From NCBI GenBank assembly GCA_034780895.1, contig JAUZTB010000076.1, positions 25,377,543 to 25,441,536 on the forward strand: a stretch of DNA of 63,994 bases, in the 5' to 3' direction. The notes beneath the pieces were generated by a model. It saw nothing but the letters and a program-made list of their open reading frames with translations, was not told the origin of the DNA and ran no database searches. This document shows positions 37,101-49,260 of the stretch, one piece after another (the first letter of the stretch is position 1; the number at the start of each line of letters is the position of its first letter). The translations under genes and the position numbers were made by a program. This DNA is from Rhynchobatus australiae. Taxonomy: Eukaryota.

Positions 37101-39490
37101 NNNNNNNNNNNNNNNNNNNNNNNNNNNNNNNNNNNNNNNNNNNNNNNNNNNNNNNNNNNNNNNNNNNNNNNNNNNNNNNNNNNNNNNNNNNNNNNNNNNN
37201 TAATTCAGAGGTTTTATTCTAGTACTTGAAGCCATGGCTGTGAATGGCTCATGTAGTATAATGTAAATAAATGCAAAGTAATGTATTGAGGGATAGGAAA
37301 TGGGCAGAGGATTACAAAATTAATAGAAAAATATTGACCAAGGATCTTGGGGTCAGGATGAATAGATCCTGCAAGACATTATCCTGTGTCTGGCAGCTAT
37401 TTAAAAAAGAATTTGTGAAGTTTAATGAAGAGGAATGAAGACTAGATCAAGGGAAGTAATCCTATCGTTTTGCAGAAAAATAGATAAAGGGCCCAATTAG
37501 AATATTGTGTGCAGTTTTGGAATCTGTTTTCTAGAGTCACCAGTGTTTCATCAGCATTTCTGTCTGGCCTGTAGCACATCCTCCCACCTCATTATTTCTA
37601 GCAAAACAGAAAAGCGGTGATGGTGAATAGATTTATTGTTTTTATTCTCTGGGGTAGCTAATGATTTTAATTTTTTTCTTGGTGGGAGCATATTTTGAGC
37701 TCTTTCCCTTTTTCTTTGCTCTTTTTCTGTAGACAAGGTTGGGGTTGCTTTGAACTTAGTAACTGCGCAAAATGAATGATAGTGAATCAATATAATTTGG
37801 GCTGATGATTTTGTATGGCCTTATTGNNNNNNNNNNNNNNNNNNNNCATGAATTTACAGTATATCTGGTTTCCTTACCTAAACTCTGTCCGCAATGTTAA
37901 TTGTGGTGGTGAACGGTATTGAACTGTCAGTACTAATTCTGTTTTGCTTTTTATCCTTTTTTGTGACGATGCAAAAAAATATTCAGAATTTGATATTAAT
38001 GCATTTGTCGCAATTCAGTGTTCATCCATTAGCAGCTGCTGTTAGAGGAACAAAATGAGCATGAGTGCATTTGATTTGTTGCTTTTGTTTGCTGGCAGAG
38101 CTTTCTTGATTACTTATCATTGGGGCAAAAGTTTGAAATATGCTCCAATGAGAACAGGGTTAAGAGAATTTGTCCATTAAGCTAGTTCCTGCATTTTTCA
38201 AGTGTGAGTGTTACCTGAGGCAGAAGATTTGAATTGCGCTCCACTGATGCTGCCTTATTTTCTCATAATGCTGGTCCTACTCTTTAGCATGTGTCTGTTA
38301 ATGTGGCTGCACCCAGAGATACACAAAACACCAGACAAGTTGAATTCATCAGTTAGAATCATGTTCACAGCAGTTAGCTCCAATTACCAAAAAGAAACAA
38401 GTGATTATTATAAGAATATATTACAAGAGTATGTTGAAGTTGTATTTGGCTGCAGGAAAATTCATAGCAGTATATACCTTGCTGTACAAGGTTTCTGGAG
38501 GAACTGCGCACATTTTTAAGATTTAAAATAGTAAATAATACTTTGTTCTTTGGTCGTCCTAATGTACATTAGCCAATGACTTTCTTTGTGAAGTGTAGCC
38601 ATCACTGTCAGGTGCATAAAAGCAGTTTACACTTTACATACACAAAGGTAGCACCACAGTTGTACATCTTATCAAAAAGAAATCTAATTTTAGGACCCAC
38701 TATTTCTGAACAACTCTAGGGTGGGATGATTAAAACTCCATTATTGCTTAAAGAAATAACTGTTCATAAAAATAAATAATCCTACAGCAAATAATGAGAT
38801 AAATCCCCTTGTTCTAATAGCCTTTAACTTACAGTTCCCAAAGGTGTGACCACAGAGATAATAGCCCTAATCATGTTGGCTGGTAGCTTCTAGTTCCAGA
38901 GGAATTGGCTCATTGTCAGGCATTTGCACTTCAGGAAGTGTCAAGACTATGTATGTGCAGTCAAATGCAGAAGTCCAAGGCTTCTTGAGGTTCAGACACC
39001 GGGGTACCTAACTGACTACCCTTGCATTGAGTCCAGTGGCAGAACAGTGACTTTTGAAGAGAAATTTGGATGAAATGTGCATCTGGTCCTCAGCTTTACC
39101 CTAGGGAGACCTGACCCTATTTATTTGAAAGGGATCAGCAACCCAGTGGAAAATGGTAAGTGCCTTATTACTTTATTGTACTTTATTGTAATCTTTTTAA
39201 AAAGCTAACAAATCATTGTGTTTTTAAATTTATTTCTTTTTTTATTACTTAAATTCATTAACAGTTTTGTTTCTGACCATCAGAGACATTTAAGAGCTGC
39301 TAAGGAGCCTTTTACAGAGTTTGACAGCTTGTGATCAATCAAAGGCTGTCATTGGAGATCTTGGGCACGGCCTTGAATTTCATTGCCTGAGGTCTACTCA
39401 TTGTCCTCATTCTANNNNNNNNNNNNNNNNNNNNNNNNNNNNNNNNNNNNNNNNNNNNNNNNNNNNNNNNNNNNNNNNNNNNNNNNNNNN

Positions 39491-39705
39491 GTAATAAGTA
39501 TGGGGTATTAAGGGGGTGGGTGGGGGAAGGGATGGAAAAGACAAACAAAGGAAGAGAAAGCATTGGGTGGACTGTTGAGAGTGGGAAAGGAACACAGAGA
39601 GAGTGGGTAACCTGAAATTGGAAAATTCAGTGTTCATGCCATTGGACTGTAGGCCACCCAGTGGGATATGAGGTGCTGTTTTTCCAAGTCTGTGTTTGGC
39701 CTATT
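39491..39705 (-). mobile_element. Penelope-like ORF C-terminus fragment
   Basis: Minus strand MNTEFSNFR, homologous to 21881-21990. Confidence 0.75.
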
Positions 39706-41037
39706 TCAGGTAACCCATTCTCCCTATGTTCCTTTCCCAGTCCCACCAGTCCACCCAAGTTCGCGCTCTCATGGAATTAAGTAAAAATAAGGCAAGCAAG
39801 CTTCCCAGTGATTATCTGCTCAGAAACAGCACTGACAGCAAAGACACAGAATGTATTCTGAATAGGAGATTACAGTGTCATTTACCAAAAGCAGCTTGGT
39901 AGCACTCACAGTGATTGAACTGGCCAATTCCTGAACTGGACCTATGGTAGATGATGAGAAACAAACCGAAGAAGAAAACAATTGAACCTTGTTCTTACCA
40001 AATCGGGTCATTTCAGCTAAAAAAAAACAATGAAGGGCCAGCAATTTATTTCCAAATCAGGGTGTAGGGCTTTCAGGGGAAAGCGATCCAGATGGTGAAG
40101 TGTGATGTCACTTAATGATCATAAGTCAAGAGATCTGCCACTATAGAATACCCAACCTTTGAGGAATTTGAAGATACTAACTTGGTCGCACATTCAAGTA
40201 GTTGGTTAGTTCCACTTCTTGGAGATGGTCAACGCTTATTACTTGATGGCATTAATTTTATTTGGCACTTTTGAGCCCAATCCCAAATGTTGTCCTTTCA
40301 AATCTGTTGCTTATGGCCCAGAGCACCTCATACATGTCCAGTTTTCAGCTGCAGGATTTGTTCTGAATCTATTCTAGTTAGCAATTTGACAGTAGTACAC
40401 AACACAATCAATGGTGGACATACTTAGTGTGAAGATTCTCAATGGGGGGGCCGATGAATCTGTGACCTAATTTGGTAAGAACAAAGTTTAATTATTTTCT
40501 TCTTGCATTTGTTTTTCACCACTTGCCATAGTTCCATTTCATGAATCGGCCAGCTCAATCATTTATAGTTTACCAAGGCACCCATGGCAACTGATATTGA
40601 AGTCACCTGTTCAGAATGCATTCTGTGCTCTTACTATCAGTGCTGCTTCCAAACAAGTAATCAGGGAGAGGTTTCCTTGCCTAATTTTGACTTAATCTCA
40701 TGAGACTTCATGAGGCTCAAAGTGAAAATGTTGAGGACTCCCAAGGCAAGCCTCTCCTACTATTCGGTGACTTCTGGTGGGTCTGTAAAGACATTAGCAC
40801 AGGATGTATCCAGGGATTGTGAAGGATGATTCTATGCTAATGGCTCAAATATGTCATTTTGTGATTGTAGCTGTCATGCTGTTGCTTAACTAGTCTGAAG
40901 GACAGCCCTCCCAAATTTGGCATGATGCATATTTGTGAGGGGAATTTGCAGTGTTGACCATGCTGGATATGTCCTTGACATGGTTGAATCTAATATCTAC
41001 ATTGATGCCAGGTGGTGTATCTAGTTTTATTCTTACT

Positions 41038-41553
41038 GTAGACATAAGGGAGACTGCAGATGGTGGAAATCTGGAGTACCACACACAAAATGCTGGAGGA
41101 GCTCAGCAGGTCAGGCAGCATCTATGGAGGGAAATGAACAGTTGATGTTTCAGGCCGAAACCCTTCATCAGGACTGGAAAGAAAGANNNNNNNNNNNNNN
41201 NNNNNNNNNNNNNNGTCCAGGTGAGAGGGGGAAGGGTTAGTGGGGGAGGGGAGGGGGATGAAAAGGAGCGATGTGAGAAGCTGAGAGGTGATAGGCGGAA
41301 GAGGCAAAGGGCTGAAGATGGGAGGAATCCGGTAGGAGAGGGCAGTGGACCACAGAGAAAGGGGAAGGAGGTGGGGAGCAGATGGGCAGGTCATGACGGT
41401 GGGGGAGGGGAAAGAGAAGGGGTAAATGAGTCAGAGGGATAAGGGAAAACAAGAGGGGTGTGGTGGGAAAGAAGGGAGTGGTTATCGGAAGTTAGAAAAA
41501 TTGAAGTTCATGTCGACAGATTGGAGACTACCAAAGCAGAATATGCGATGTTC
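41038..41553 (-). mobile_element. Penelope-like element 3' part with a 12-bp target-site duplication
   Basis: ORF-end remnant (MNFNFSNFR), purine-rich tract and hammerhead terminus; tttattcttact at 41026-41037 and 41554-41565. Confidence 0.85.
41139..41176 (-). ncRNA. Minimal type I hammerhead ribozyme motif (antisense to ERI3)
   Basis: CAGUC-CUGAUGA-A-GGGU-UUCG-GCCU-GAAAC-AUC/AACUG. Core intact; stem III palindrome broken by a CpG-type change. Confidence 0.65.
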
Positions 41554-42456
41554 TTTATTCTTACTATGTTTTGTTTTAATGGTTTAAAATGATAGGGTGG
41601 CTTGCTGGTCCATTTCAGATTGTAATTGAGACTCAATGTCATACTGTGGGTCTGGGATCATGTATATGCCAGACCATGTAAGAATGCCCGATTTTCATCT
41701 TTAAAGGGTATTAGCAGTACAGGTGGATTTTTGTAACAATCCATTTATTTCATGATCACTCTTTACTGATGCTATCATTTTAATTAATTAACTTATTTTA
41801 AATTCACCATCTGTCATACAGGGATTAAAACTCTCATTTCTGAATTATTAGTCCAAGTCTCAAGATAGCTATTTGCTATCCTGTCCTCTTCTATTTTAAG
41901 TAGTACCTGAATTATACTTAAATGTGTTACTCTAGAAGTGGTGGAGATCATGAATTACTGAGAAATATGGACTTAAGAGTGAACAGTGTGATTTGTTTGT
42001 TGGGGGGGGGGGGAGTTTGCTACCAAGCCCCTTTCTTTATTCTGACTGCATATTGAATTCTACTTCCAAGGGACTTGCTCAGATTTTGTGGGTAAGGTTA
42101 GCAGTAGCAGGTCCACATAGGACTTTTTATATTTCCAATTTAAGTGACATCAAGTTAGAGCAAGAAAGTGGAGTTGAAGCCAAAGATCCAATCTGTTGTG
42201 ATCCTATTGAATGGAGGAGGAGATCTGAGTGGCCTTAATCTTAATCTTGCTTTATTTCTTATGTTCTTGTATTCTTATTCCTGCATGTGCACTATTAAGC
42301 ATGGTAGGTACAAAACATGCGGGCTGTCCTTCACCATGCTTTTCCCAACTGACCCCTGACTCTGAAGTTATTATGGAGGTAAGGAGTGAAGCACAAGGTT
42401 ACAACAATCCCTTGGCACTTACCTGGGGAATCCTCATGCAGAGACTACACCTGGTT

Positions 42457-42900
42457 GAAAATAAAACTGAAAATGCTGATAGCACTCAGTGGATCAGGCA
42501 GCTTCTATGGAAAGAGAAACATTCAATGTTTTAGCTCTGGGAACCTGCATCAGAACTGGGAAAAGGAAGGAAAAGAGAAACTATTGAGGATGAACAGGGC
42601 AAAGGGGACAGATAGACATCCTGCCGAGCAGAGGAACACTTCTTCAAGTTTGCATTCCTGAAAGAGAAGTGGCAGTGAACTCAACAGTAAATTAAATAAA
42701 AAAAAACTGCAGGTGCTAGAAACCTTAATTAAAAACAGGAAATGCTGGAAACACTCTGTGGGTCAGGATATGCGGAAAGAGAAACAGTTAACAGTTTGGT
42801 TCAGATTTGGGACCCTTCATCAGATTTGAGAAAGGTTAGGCATGGTGCAAGAAAAATGTCTGCATATGTCTGAATAGAGAGGGACAGCAGCAAGGGACAA
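42457..42900 (-). mobile_element. Tandem pair of older Penelope-like termini with degenerate hammerheads
   Basis: Two direct copies (aaatgctg...tcagg...gaaagagaaaca...catcaga) at about 42457-42560 and 42705-42830, with a possible ORF-end remnant between them. Confidence 0.65.
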
Positions 42901-43036
42901 AGGTAAGTTTTGGGTAATTTACATCTTCTGAATTTTTAGGATGTGCTTTTATCAGTGTTATTTTTAAACATTTGATTCATAGTATTTGAATATTTTTGAA
43001 TGTCATTCAAAGCTGTTGGGTGGTTTATCAGCCACC

Positions 43037-43200
43037 ATGGGAGGAAACCAGAACACCCGAAGGAAACCCACACAGACACACGGGGAGAACGTACANNNNN
43101 NNNNNNNNNNNNNNNNNNNNNNNNNNNNNNNNNNNNNNNNNNNNNNNNNNNNNNNNNNNNNNNNNNNNNNNNNNNNNNNNNNNNNNNNNNNNNNNGCCAC
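43037..43200 (-). mobile_element. V-SINE fragment spanning a gap
   Basis: tgggaggaaaccagaacacccgaaggaaacccacacagacacacggggagaacgtaca is the V domain reverse complement. Confidence 0.8.
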
Positions 43201-46162
43201 AGTTTTTATTTTGATCTGTGGCCAGGGCTTGCTCTTCTGACCTGACTACCACAACCCCACCCCTTCAGCCACCAAACACTTTGACAACACGATAGCATTT
43301 GCATGGGCAAAGCCCTGCTATTGTGTAGGGGTTCACCGATTGATACCTTTATTTTATTTCTCAGTTGCTCATAAATCCTTTCTAAATCATCTTTCTCCCC
43401 TTGCTCCAGTTGCTCAACCAAGAGAATCATTTGTAACAATCTTAAAGTATTCTGTAGTGCTTCTACTGCCAGGCAGTCAGTAAAAACTTGCATAAACTTT
43501 AAGTGAGGTTCCTCATGAGGAAACTTAGCAACCAGCATCAGGTAAATTCAGCAGCTCTGCGGTGTGTTAGTCAAAGCAAGGCCTACAACAGAGCAGCCTA
43601 AATTTTCCAACCAAGCTATTTCATGTGTACTGTTTGGTGCAATGACACTATTCAGTTTGTCTTGGTACTTTTCTTACATTTTTGGCTTCGGAGCTGTGCT
43701 ACCTGATTTTTTTTTTCCTTAAACAGCAAAGCTACATCAATGACACTGCTCCTTCTGTCACTGGCTGCATATACCACTGGTTTATTCTTTTAATGTACTG
43801 GTAATTTTATAAAAATGGCATATAATTGGCATCCTTAATGGTCTTGTTTATCTTTCACATGGGTATTAAGCACTGAATAATTGCTTTTATTTAGCATCTA
43901 TTCACAATATATTGTGTCTTTATTTATAATGTTCAATATTGCAGGACAAATATAAATGTAGTAGAAAAAAATACTTGAATGCTGCAGGTGTTTGGTTGTT
44001 TAACTCAATTGACACTTACAATAATGTAGAATTTGCTCTGATGCAAAAAAAACAGTTTTTTAGAAGTTTAAAAAAAAACTGATCATAAGACCATTTTACT
44101 TGTACTCTTGATTGAGCTCACAGTGCATGGAGATAGCTGATTATATGTTTCCATCTTGCACGCTGCAATGTAATTTCAGAGTGTGCTCAGTGTATGAATG
44201 TAATAGTAGCTGACTCGCATGATGTTATGTGTCAGAATATTAAAGGCACTAATGGAAAAGCTCCCAGATTCACAAGGGGACACCATTTCCACAGATGTTT
44301 CGGATGGCTAGTCACTAAACTAATGGGGCAGAATCCAAAACCATGGCAAAAGAGGCTGGATGAAAATGAAAAGGGAGATGAACAGTGCCCATTGGAAGTC
44401 ACATTTAAAATTAAATACTTTTATTGGGATCTTTCTGCAGATATGGAATATTAACAATAGTACAAGGCAGTTGTGTCAGGATAGCAATTGCTTATCAGGC
44501 TTTATCACAGAATATGAAACTGTATCACATGAAATCCAACAGTAGCTGAATAGATATGCCAATTCATTTTGAACGTCTGCTTTGACAAGCTAGGCTGCTC
44601 TTGTTGAATGGCATTGGTAAATGTGAGCTTCCTTGCGCATTTCCTTTTCTCCCGTTTTCTTTACTAAGCCTTTCTTATAAAATTGAAAAAGACCTAGAAT
44701 AAAAGTAATACCGGTTCAAGTTTTTTTTAAATGATAAGAGGGAAAGGTATATGAAGGCTTGTTTAGATAACATTAAGATAGTTATTGTTGGTGGAAGCCT
44801 GTGTGAGATATAAGCTTCGAACCCTGATGACATTCTCCCTAATACAAGTGTTTAATATTTGATGTATTGGGATAAATAGGATCTCTTTTGAATCAAATTG
44901 AGTTCCTAAGTAAGAATCTATTACAGGATGAATTCTGTGATTTGACAGCAAAGTGGGCGATGTTATTCTTGACTAGTTACTGCAATCGGCTTTCAGTTGA
45001 GTTAGATATTTTTTTCTGTGCTTGAGTAAACACAGCTTATCCACTGCTGCATTGAAGACTGTCTGCTACAGCAAGTGTTGAAATTCAGAGAATTTGCCCA
45101 GCGATTCTTTCTCTTACATTGTTTCTTCTAAAATGAATGATAATCATTTTTTAAAGTTTTTTTTAAACAGTTCAACTGTTAAGCACATTTACCATTGTGG
45201 ATGAATTGTTTTATTTTAAACAATAGTTTTAGGTATATTCGTTATTTTAAATTGGTCAGGTTAGTGAATGGAAGAGCATAACAATGCAACGTGCCAGTTG
45301 TTTTTGTACAGTTGTCATACCATTTTCATTTTATTTTAACCACTTTTTTTCCATTTTTTTAAAAAATGGGTCCCAGGATTGAATTTGAGAATACTCTATT
45401 TTCCCAATAACTTTCATGCCTTTTACCTATCCTTTTTGGCTTGCTGGCAATATAATCATGTGAGCTTGTATAATATAAACTTTAAGAAAGTGCAATCAGG
45501 TGGGCATCCTTTTCTTTTGTTCCTGGTAGAGGATAATAATAGTTGCTGTTCAATAAATTCCAGATTATTTCTGATTATTATTCTTGGGATATGAGCAGCG
45601 AGTAAGCAAGCGCACATTATTTTCAGCATTTGTTTGTCCTGCAACAGTGATGTGGGGCCTGTTTCTTGAACCACTCTATTCTTACAGTGATGTTAGGTTG
45701 GAATCTGTCGAGCAGAAAGTTGTATGCATTGAAAGCCACATTTTCCCCAATTCTCCCTTAACATCCCAGTATGTCATCATATTCTATATGTTAATAAGTA
45801 GACATAATGGGGTGTTCTTCTGATGGGGGGTCCCAATTCTTTACAATTTAAATAAATGACTAGGATGAAGGTACTAAGGACATGTTTATTAAATTTGCTG
45901 ATGAAAGTAGGTTGTGAAGAAGACATAAGGAATTTTGTGGAGTATAACGTGGGAAAATTGTCTACTTTGGCAGGAGAAATAAAGGAGAACTTAATCAAAA
46001 TGGTGAGTGATTGCAGAGCTCTGAGATGCAGAGGGATCTGGGTGTGCCAGTAAATGATTTGCAAAAAGACTTGTAAACATATACACCAAATAATTGGAAA
46101 AGTTAATAATAATATTGTCTGTTGCAAGGTTAGTCGAAAGTAGTGAGGTTATGCAGTAATAC

Positions 46163-46295
46163 AAAAAAAACTGCAGGTGCTGGAAATTGAAAGAAAAACA
46201 GAAAATGCTGGAACTTCTACCTGAAATGTTAACTCTGTTCTCTTTTCACAGATGGCACTTGACCAGCTAAGTATTTCCAGTATTTTCTGTTTTTG
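46163..46295. mobile_element. Inverted Penelope-like termini (only the 3' half of the hammerhead kept)
   Basis: ctgcaggtgctggaaa...aaacagaaaatgctgga / cctgaaatgttaactc...tccagtattttctgtttt. Confidence 0.7.
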
Positions 46296-46632
46296 TTGTA
46301 ATGAGATTGTGCTGTAGTTATGTCTGGAATGCTGTGTATGGTATTGGATTCCTTATTCAAGGAAGGGCGGAAATGCTTTGGAAGCAGTTCAGAGAAGGTT
46401 ACTAGATTGATACCTGGAATAAACAGGTTGTCTTATGAGGAAAGGGTAGACAGGGTAGCCTTGTATCTGCTGGAGTTTAGAAAAATCAGCAGTGTCTTGA
46501 CTGAAATATATATGATCTTGAGGGAGTCTTCCCAAGGTGGATGGAGGAATCTAGAACTTTTTCAGAACTACAGTCACTTTTTAAAACTACAGGCTCACCC
46601 ATTTCAGACAGAAGTGAGGTGATTTTTCTTTT

Positions 46633-46933
46633 AAAGATATCTTTATTAGTCACATGTACATCAAAACATAGTGAAATGCATCTTTTTTTTTGCATTTTGT
46701 TCTGGGGGCAGCCCACAAGTGTCATCATGCTTCTGGGGCCAAAGTAGCATGCCCACAACTTCCTAACCCAAACATCTTTGGAATGTGGGAGGAAACCAGA
46801 GCACCCGAAGGANNNNNNNNNNNNNNNNNNNNNNNNNNNNNNNNNNNNNNNNNNNNNNNNNNNNNNNNNNNNNNNNNCCGGGTCACTGTCACTGTAAAGT
46901 GTTACGCTAGCTGCTACACTACCATGCCTGCCC
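46633..46933 (-). mobile_element. V-SINE with tRNA head and Rex1-like tail
   Basis: Reverse complement of 27304-27462 plus head ggcaggcatggtagtgtagcagctagcgtaacac. Confidence 0.8.
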
Positions 46934-47244
46934 AAAGTTTGCTCAGAGTTTATTGAGTCTTCGGAACTCTCATCTTCAAAGGAGGTGAAAGCAGAGTCTT
47001 TAAGTATTTTTACAGCATAGATCGATACTTGATAAGCAACTAGGTGAAAAGTTAAATGTGAGCTGAGGTTCTAGTCAAACCAATCAAGATCCTATTGAAT
47101 GGAGGGACAGACTTGAGGGGCTACGTTTCCTACGCCTGTGCCTAGTTCAGATGTTGGTAAAAGTTTAGAAATTTGTGAAAAAGTTCTGATTAGCATTGTT
47201 CTTACATGAAATGAATAGTCGGAATAGGATGTAGCTGTTATTGT

Positions 47245-47540
47245 CAAAGCTAGCACTTATGGCTCATGCCTAAGTGCCTTGGAGCAAGTAGTGCTGAGCC
47301 ACTTTCTGTAGACATGCATGGATGGCTAGGTCACATTAGAAGAAGTTAAGAGTCAACAATGTTTTATAGAAGACACATAGGCTTCACTGGTAAAGATGCC
47401 AGTTTCCTTCTCTGAAGAACACTGATAAAGCAGATGGCTCTTATGACAGTCTAATAATTTCATTATCACCATTACTGATATCAGTTTTCTTTTTATTCCA
47501 TATTTACTGATATGAAGTTTATGTTGCCCAGGTGCCATTA
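47245..47540 (-). mobile_element. Bipartite SINE-like element: LINE 5' UTR joined to LINE 3' tail
   Basis: 47245-47308 resembles the reverse complement of the LINE 3' end at 23199-23262; 47325-47540 resembles the 5' UTR at 41590-41820. Confidence 0.55.
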
Positions 47541-47562
47541 AAAATGTTACTGGTTCATTGGG

Positions 47563-49260
47563 AGGAATGGTGATGCAGTGGATTTTTACTGCACTTGCAA
47601 ACTAACAATCAAGAGACACAAGTTCAAATCCTATCATGGCTATGGAATTTAAATTCAGTTAATTAAATAGTCTAGAATTTAAAAAATATAAACTGAATCT
47701 TAACAATGGTGACCATAAAACTACCAAACTGCCTTACAGTCAGTATTCTGTCCCATTTAGCGCTTATTTGATTTGGCTCTTGTGTAAATCCAGGACCAAA
47801 ACAATGTGGTTGACTCTTCACTATCCTCTAAAATGGCCAAGCATTTATATTTAAAATAAAATCTTCTATCAAAATGCAATGAGAATTAAACTGGGTGGAC
47901 TATTTGACATCAACTACAATATTTAGATACAGAAAAATGCTCCATGTCTTTGTAAAGCCCATCTCATGAGCATACAGGGATTACTGTCAAAATTCAGAGA
48001 GTGTTCATCCAAATTTGCCAGGCACCAGCCTGACATTGTCACACTCCCATATCTTATGACCACCATCCAACCCTTGACCATTACAATCCATAGGTATGTT
48101 CTTTCTTGTCAGGGAAATACACCCATAAGAAGAAGCAGTAAACAAGCAGGAAGAAGTAATTTGGGAGTTCTCAATATTGACCTCAGACTATGTGAAGTCT
48201 TATGCTATCAGGTCAAAAAAGGACAAGGAAACCTTGTACTAGTTATCACCTACCATCTACCTTTTGAGTAATAAATTGGTACACCTCCATGTTGAATAAC
48301 ACTTGGAAGAACACTGACATGAGTAAGAGCACAATGTATGCTGGCTGAGGGATTTAATTGCCCCACCAGTTGCTTGGTAGCTTTGACTAATGACTAAGTT
48401 AGCATCCTTAAGGATGTAACTACCAGTCTTGGTTTGCAGTATTTGGTGAGTCGCTAATCTCCCTGTTCCAGATGTATCTATTCATGACAATGTTAGTAGG
48501 GGTGACTACCACACTTCCTGCAGTCAAGAGAAAACCTAGGCTTCACGCAGAGGATATACTTCACTTTTGTTTGGTGCTACTGCCATTGCTAAATGGGGGA
48601 TAGACATAGAGCAGATCTGGCAGCTCAGAATAGGTTATTTGTGGGCACTTTGGGCTTTCAGCAGCAGCAGCAGAATTCGGTTCCATCATGATCTGTAACT
48701 TTATAACTTGCTTATACCCCTTACTCTACCATCACTCTCAAGCCCTTGCACCAATCCTGGTTCAATAAAAAGTGCAGAAGGGAATGCTGGGAGAAGCATC
48801 AGGTGTACCTAAAAATTTGCTGCTAAACTAAAAAAGCTGCATTGTGGGCCTTTATCCATCCTAAGCAGTGAAAACAGTATGCAATAGGGAGAGCTAAGTG
48901 AAGCTAACTGTAGTCCAGTATACTGTACATCCTGTTGTGAATGGTGACAGAGGCAGGCTCCAGGAGCTTTCCCAATCTCAACAATATTATAGCTCAAAAC
49001 AAGTGCTAAAGACAACACTGAAGCATTAACAACCATATCCAGCCAGAAGTACTGTGTAGATTATCAATTTCACCTTCCTCATGAGTTCCCCACTATCACA
49101 GAAGCCAGTTTTTGACAAATTCAGTTCACATCATATAGTGTGAAGAAATTCCTGAAAGCCCCAGATGCCGCAAGGGCCACAGACCATATAATGACCTGGT
49201 TGAAGTGCTGAAGGTGACAGTTTAGATCTTGGTACCTTTAGCCTTGCAGTTCCAGCATAT
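47563..49260 (+). mobile_element. LINE with a tRNA-like head, 5' UTR and degenerate APE-RT ORF
   Basis: A-box-like tgatgcagtgg (47571-47581) and B-box gttcaaatcc (47622-47631); ORF 47966: SIQGLLSKF...QPDIVTL...YVLS...LGVLNID...GNLVLVITYHLP is an APE N-terminus; later ccaatcctggttcaat (PWFN) and aagggccacagacc. Confidence 0.7.

Larger units (their letters stand above)
40080..41870 (-). mobile_element. Degenerate tRNA-headed LINE (5' UTR + APE region), interrupted by a Penelope-like insertion
   Basis: Diverged reverse-complement similarity to 47563-48700, including a B-box-like gttttaatcc (41822-41831). Confidence 0.6.
45820..47150 (+). mobile_element. Degenerate CR1 RT/3' end hosting two nested insertions
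   Basis: aaatttgctgatga (FAD), TRLIPGINRLSYEER...LYLLEFR, tail gatcctattgaatggagggacagacttgagggg. Confidence 0.75.

Noticed and set aside
43206-43538. 110-aa minus-strand ORF with a helical-looking stretch (EQLEQGEKDDLERIYEQLRNK)
   Set aside because: No family recognised, in-frame stop just upstream, no clear acceptor. A tBLASTn search would settle it.
47571-47631. tRNA gene
   Set aside because: Only A/B-box remnants with no cloverleaf; it is a retroelement head.
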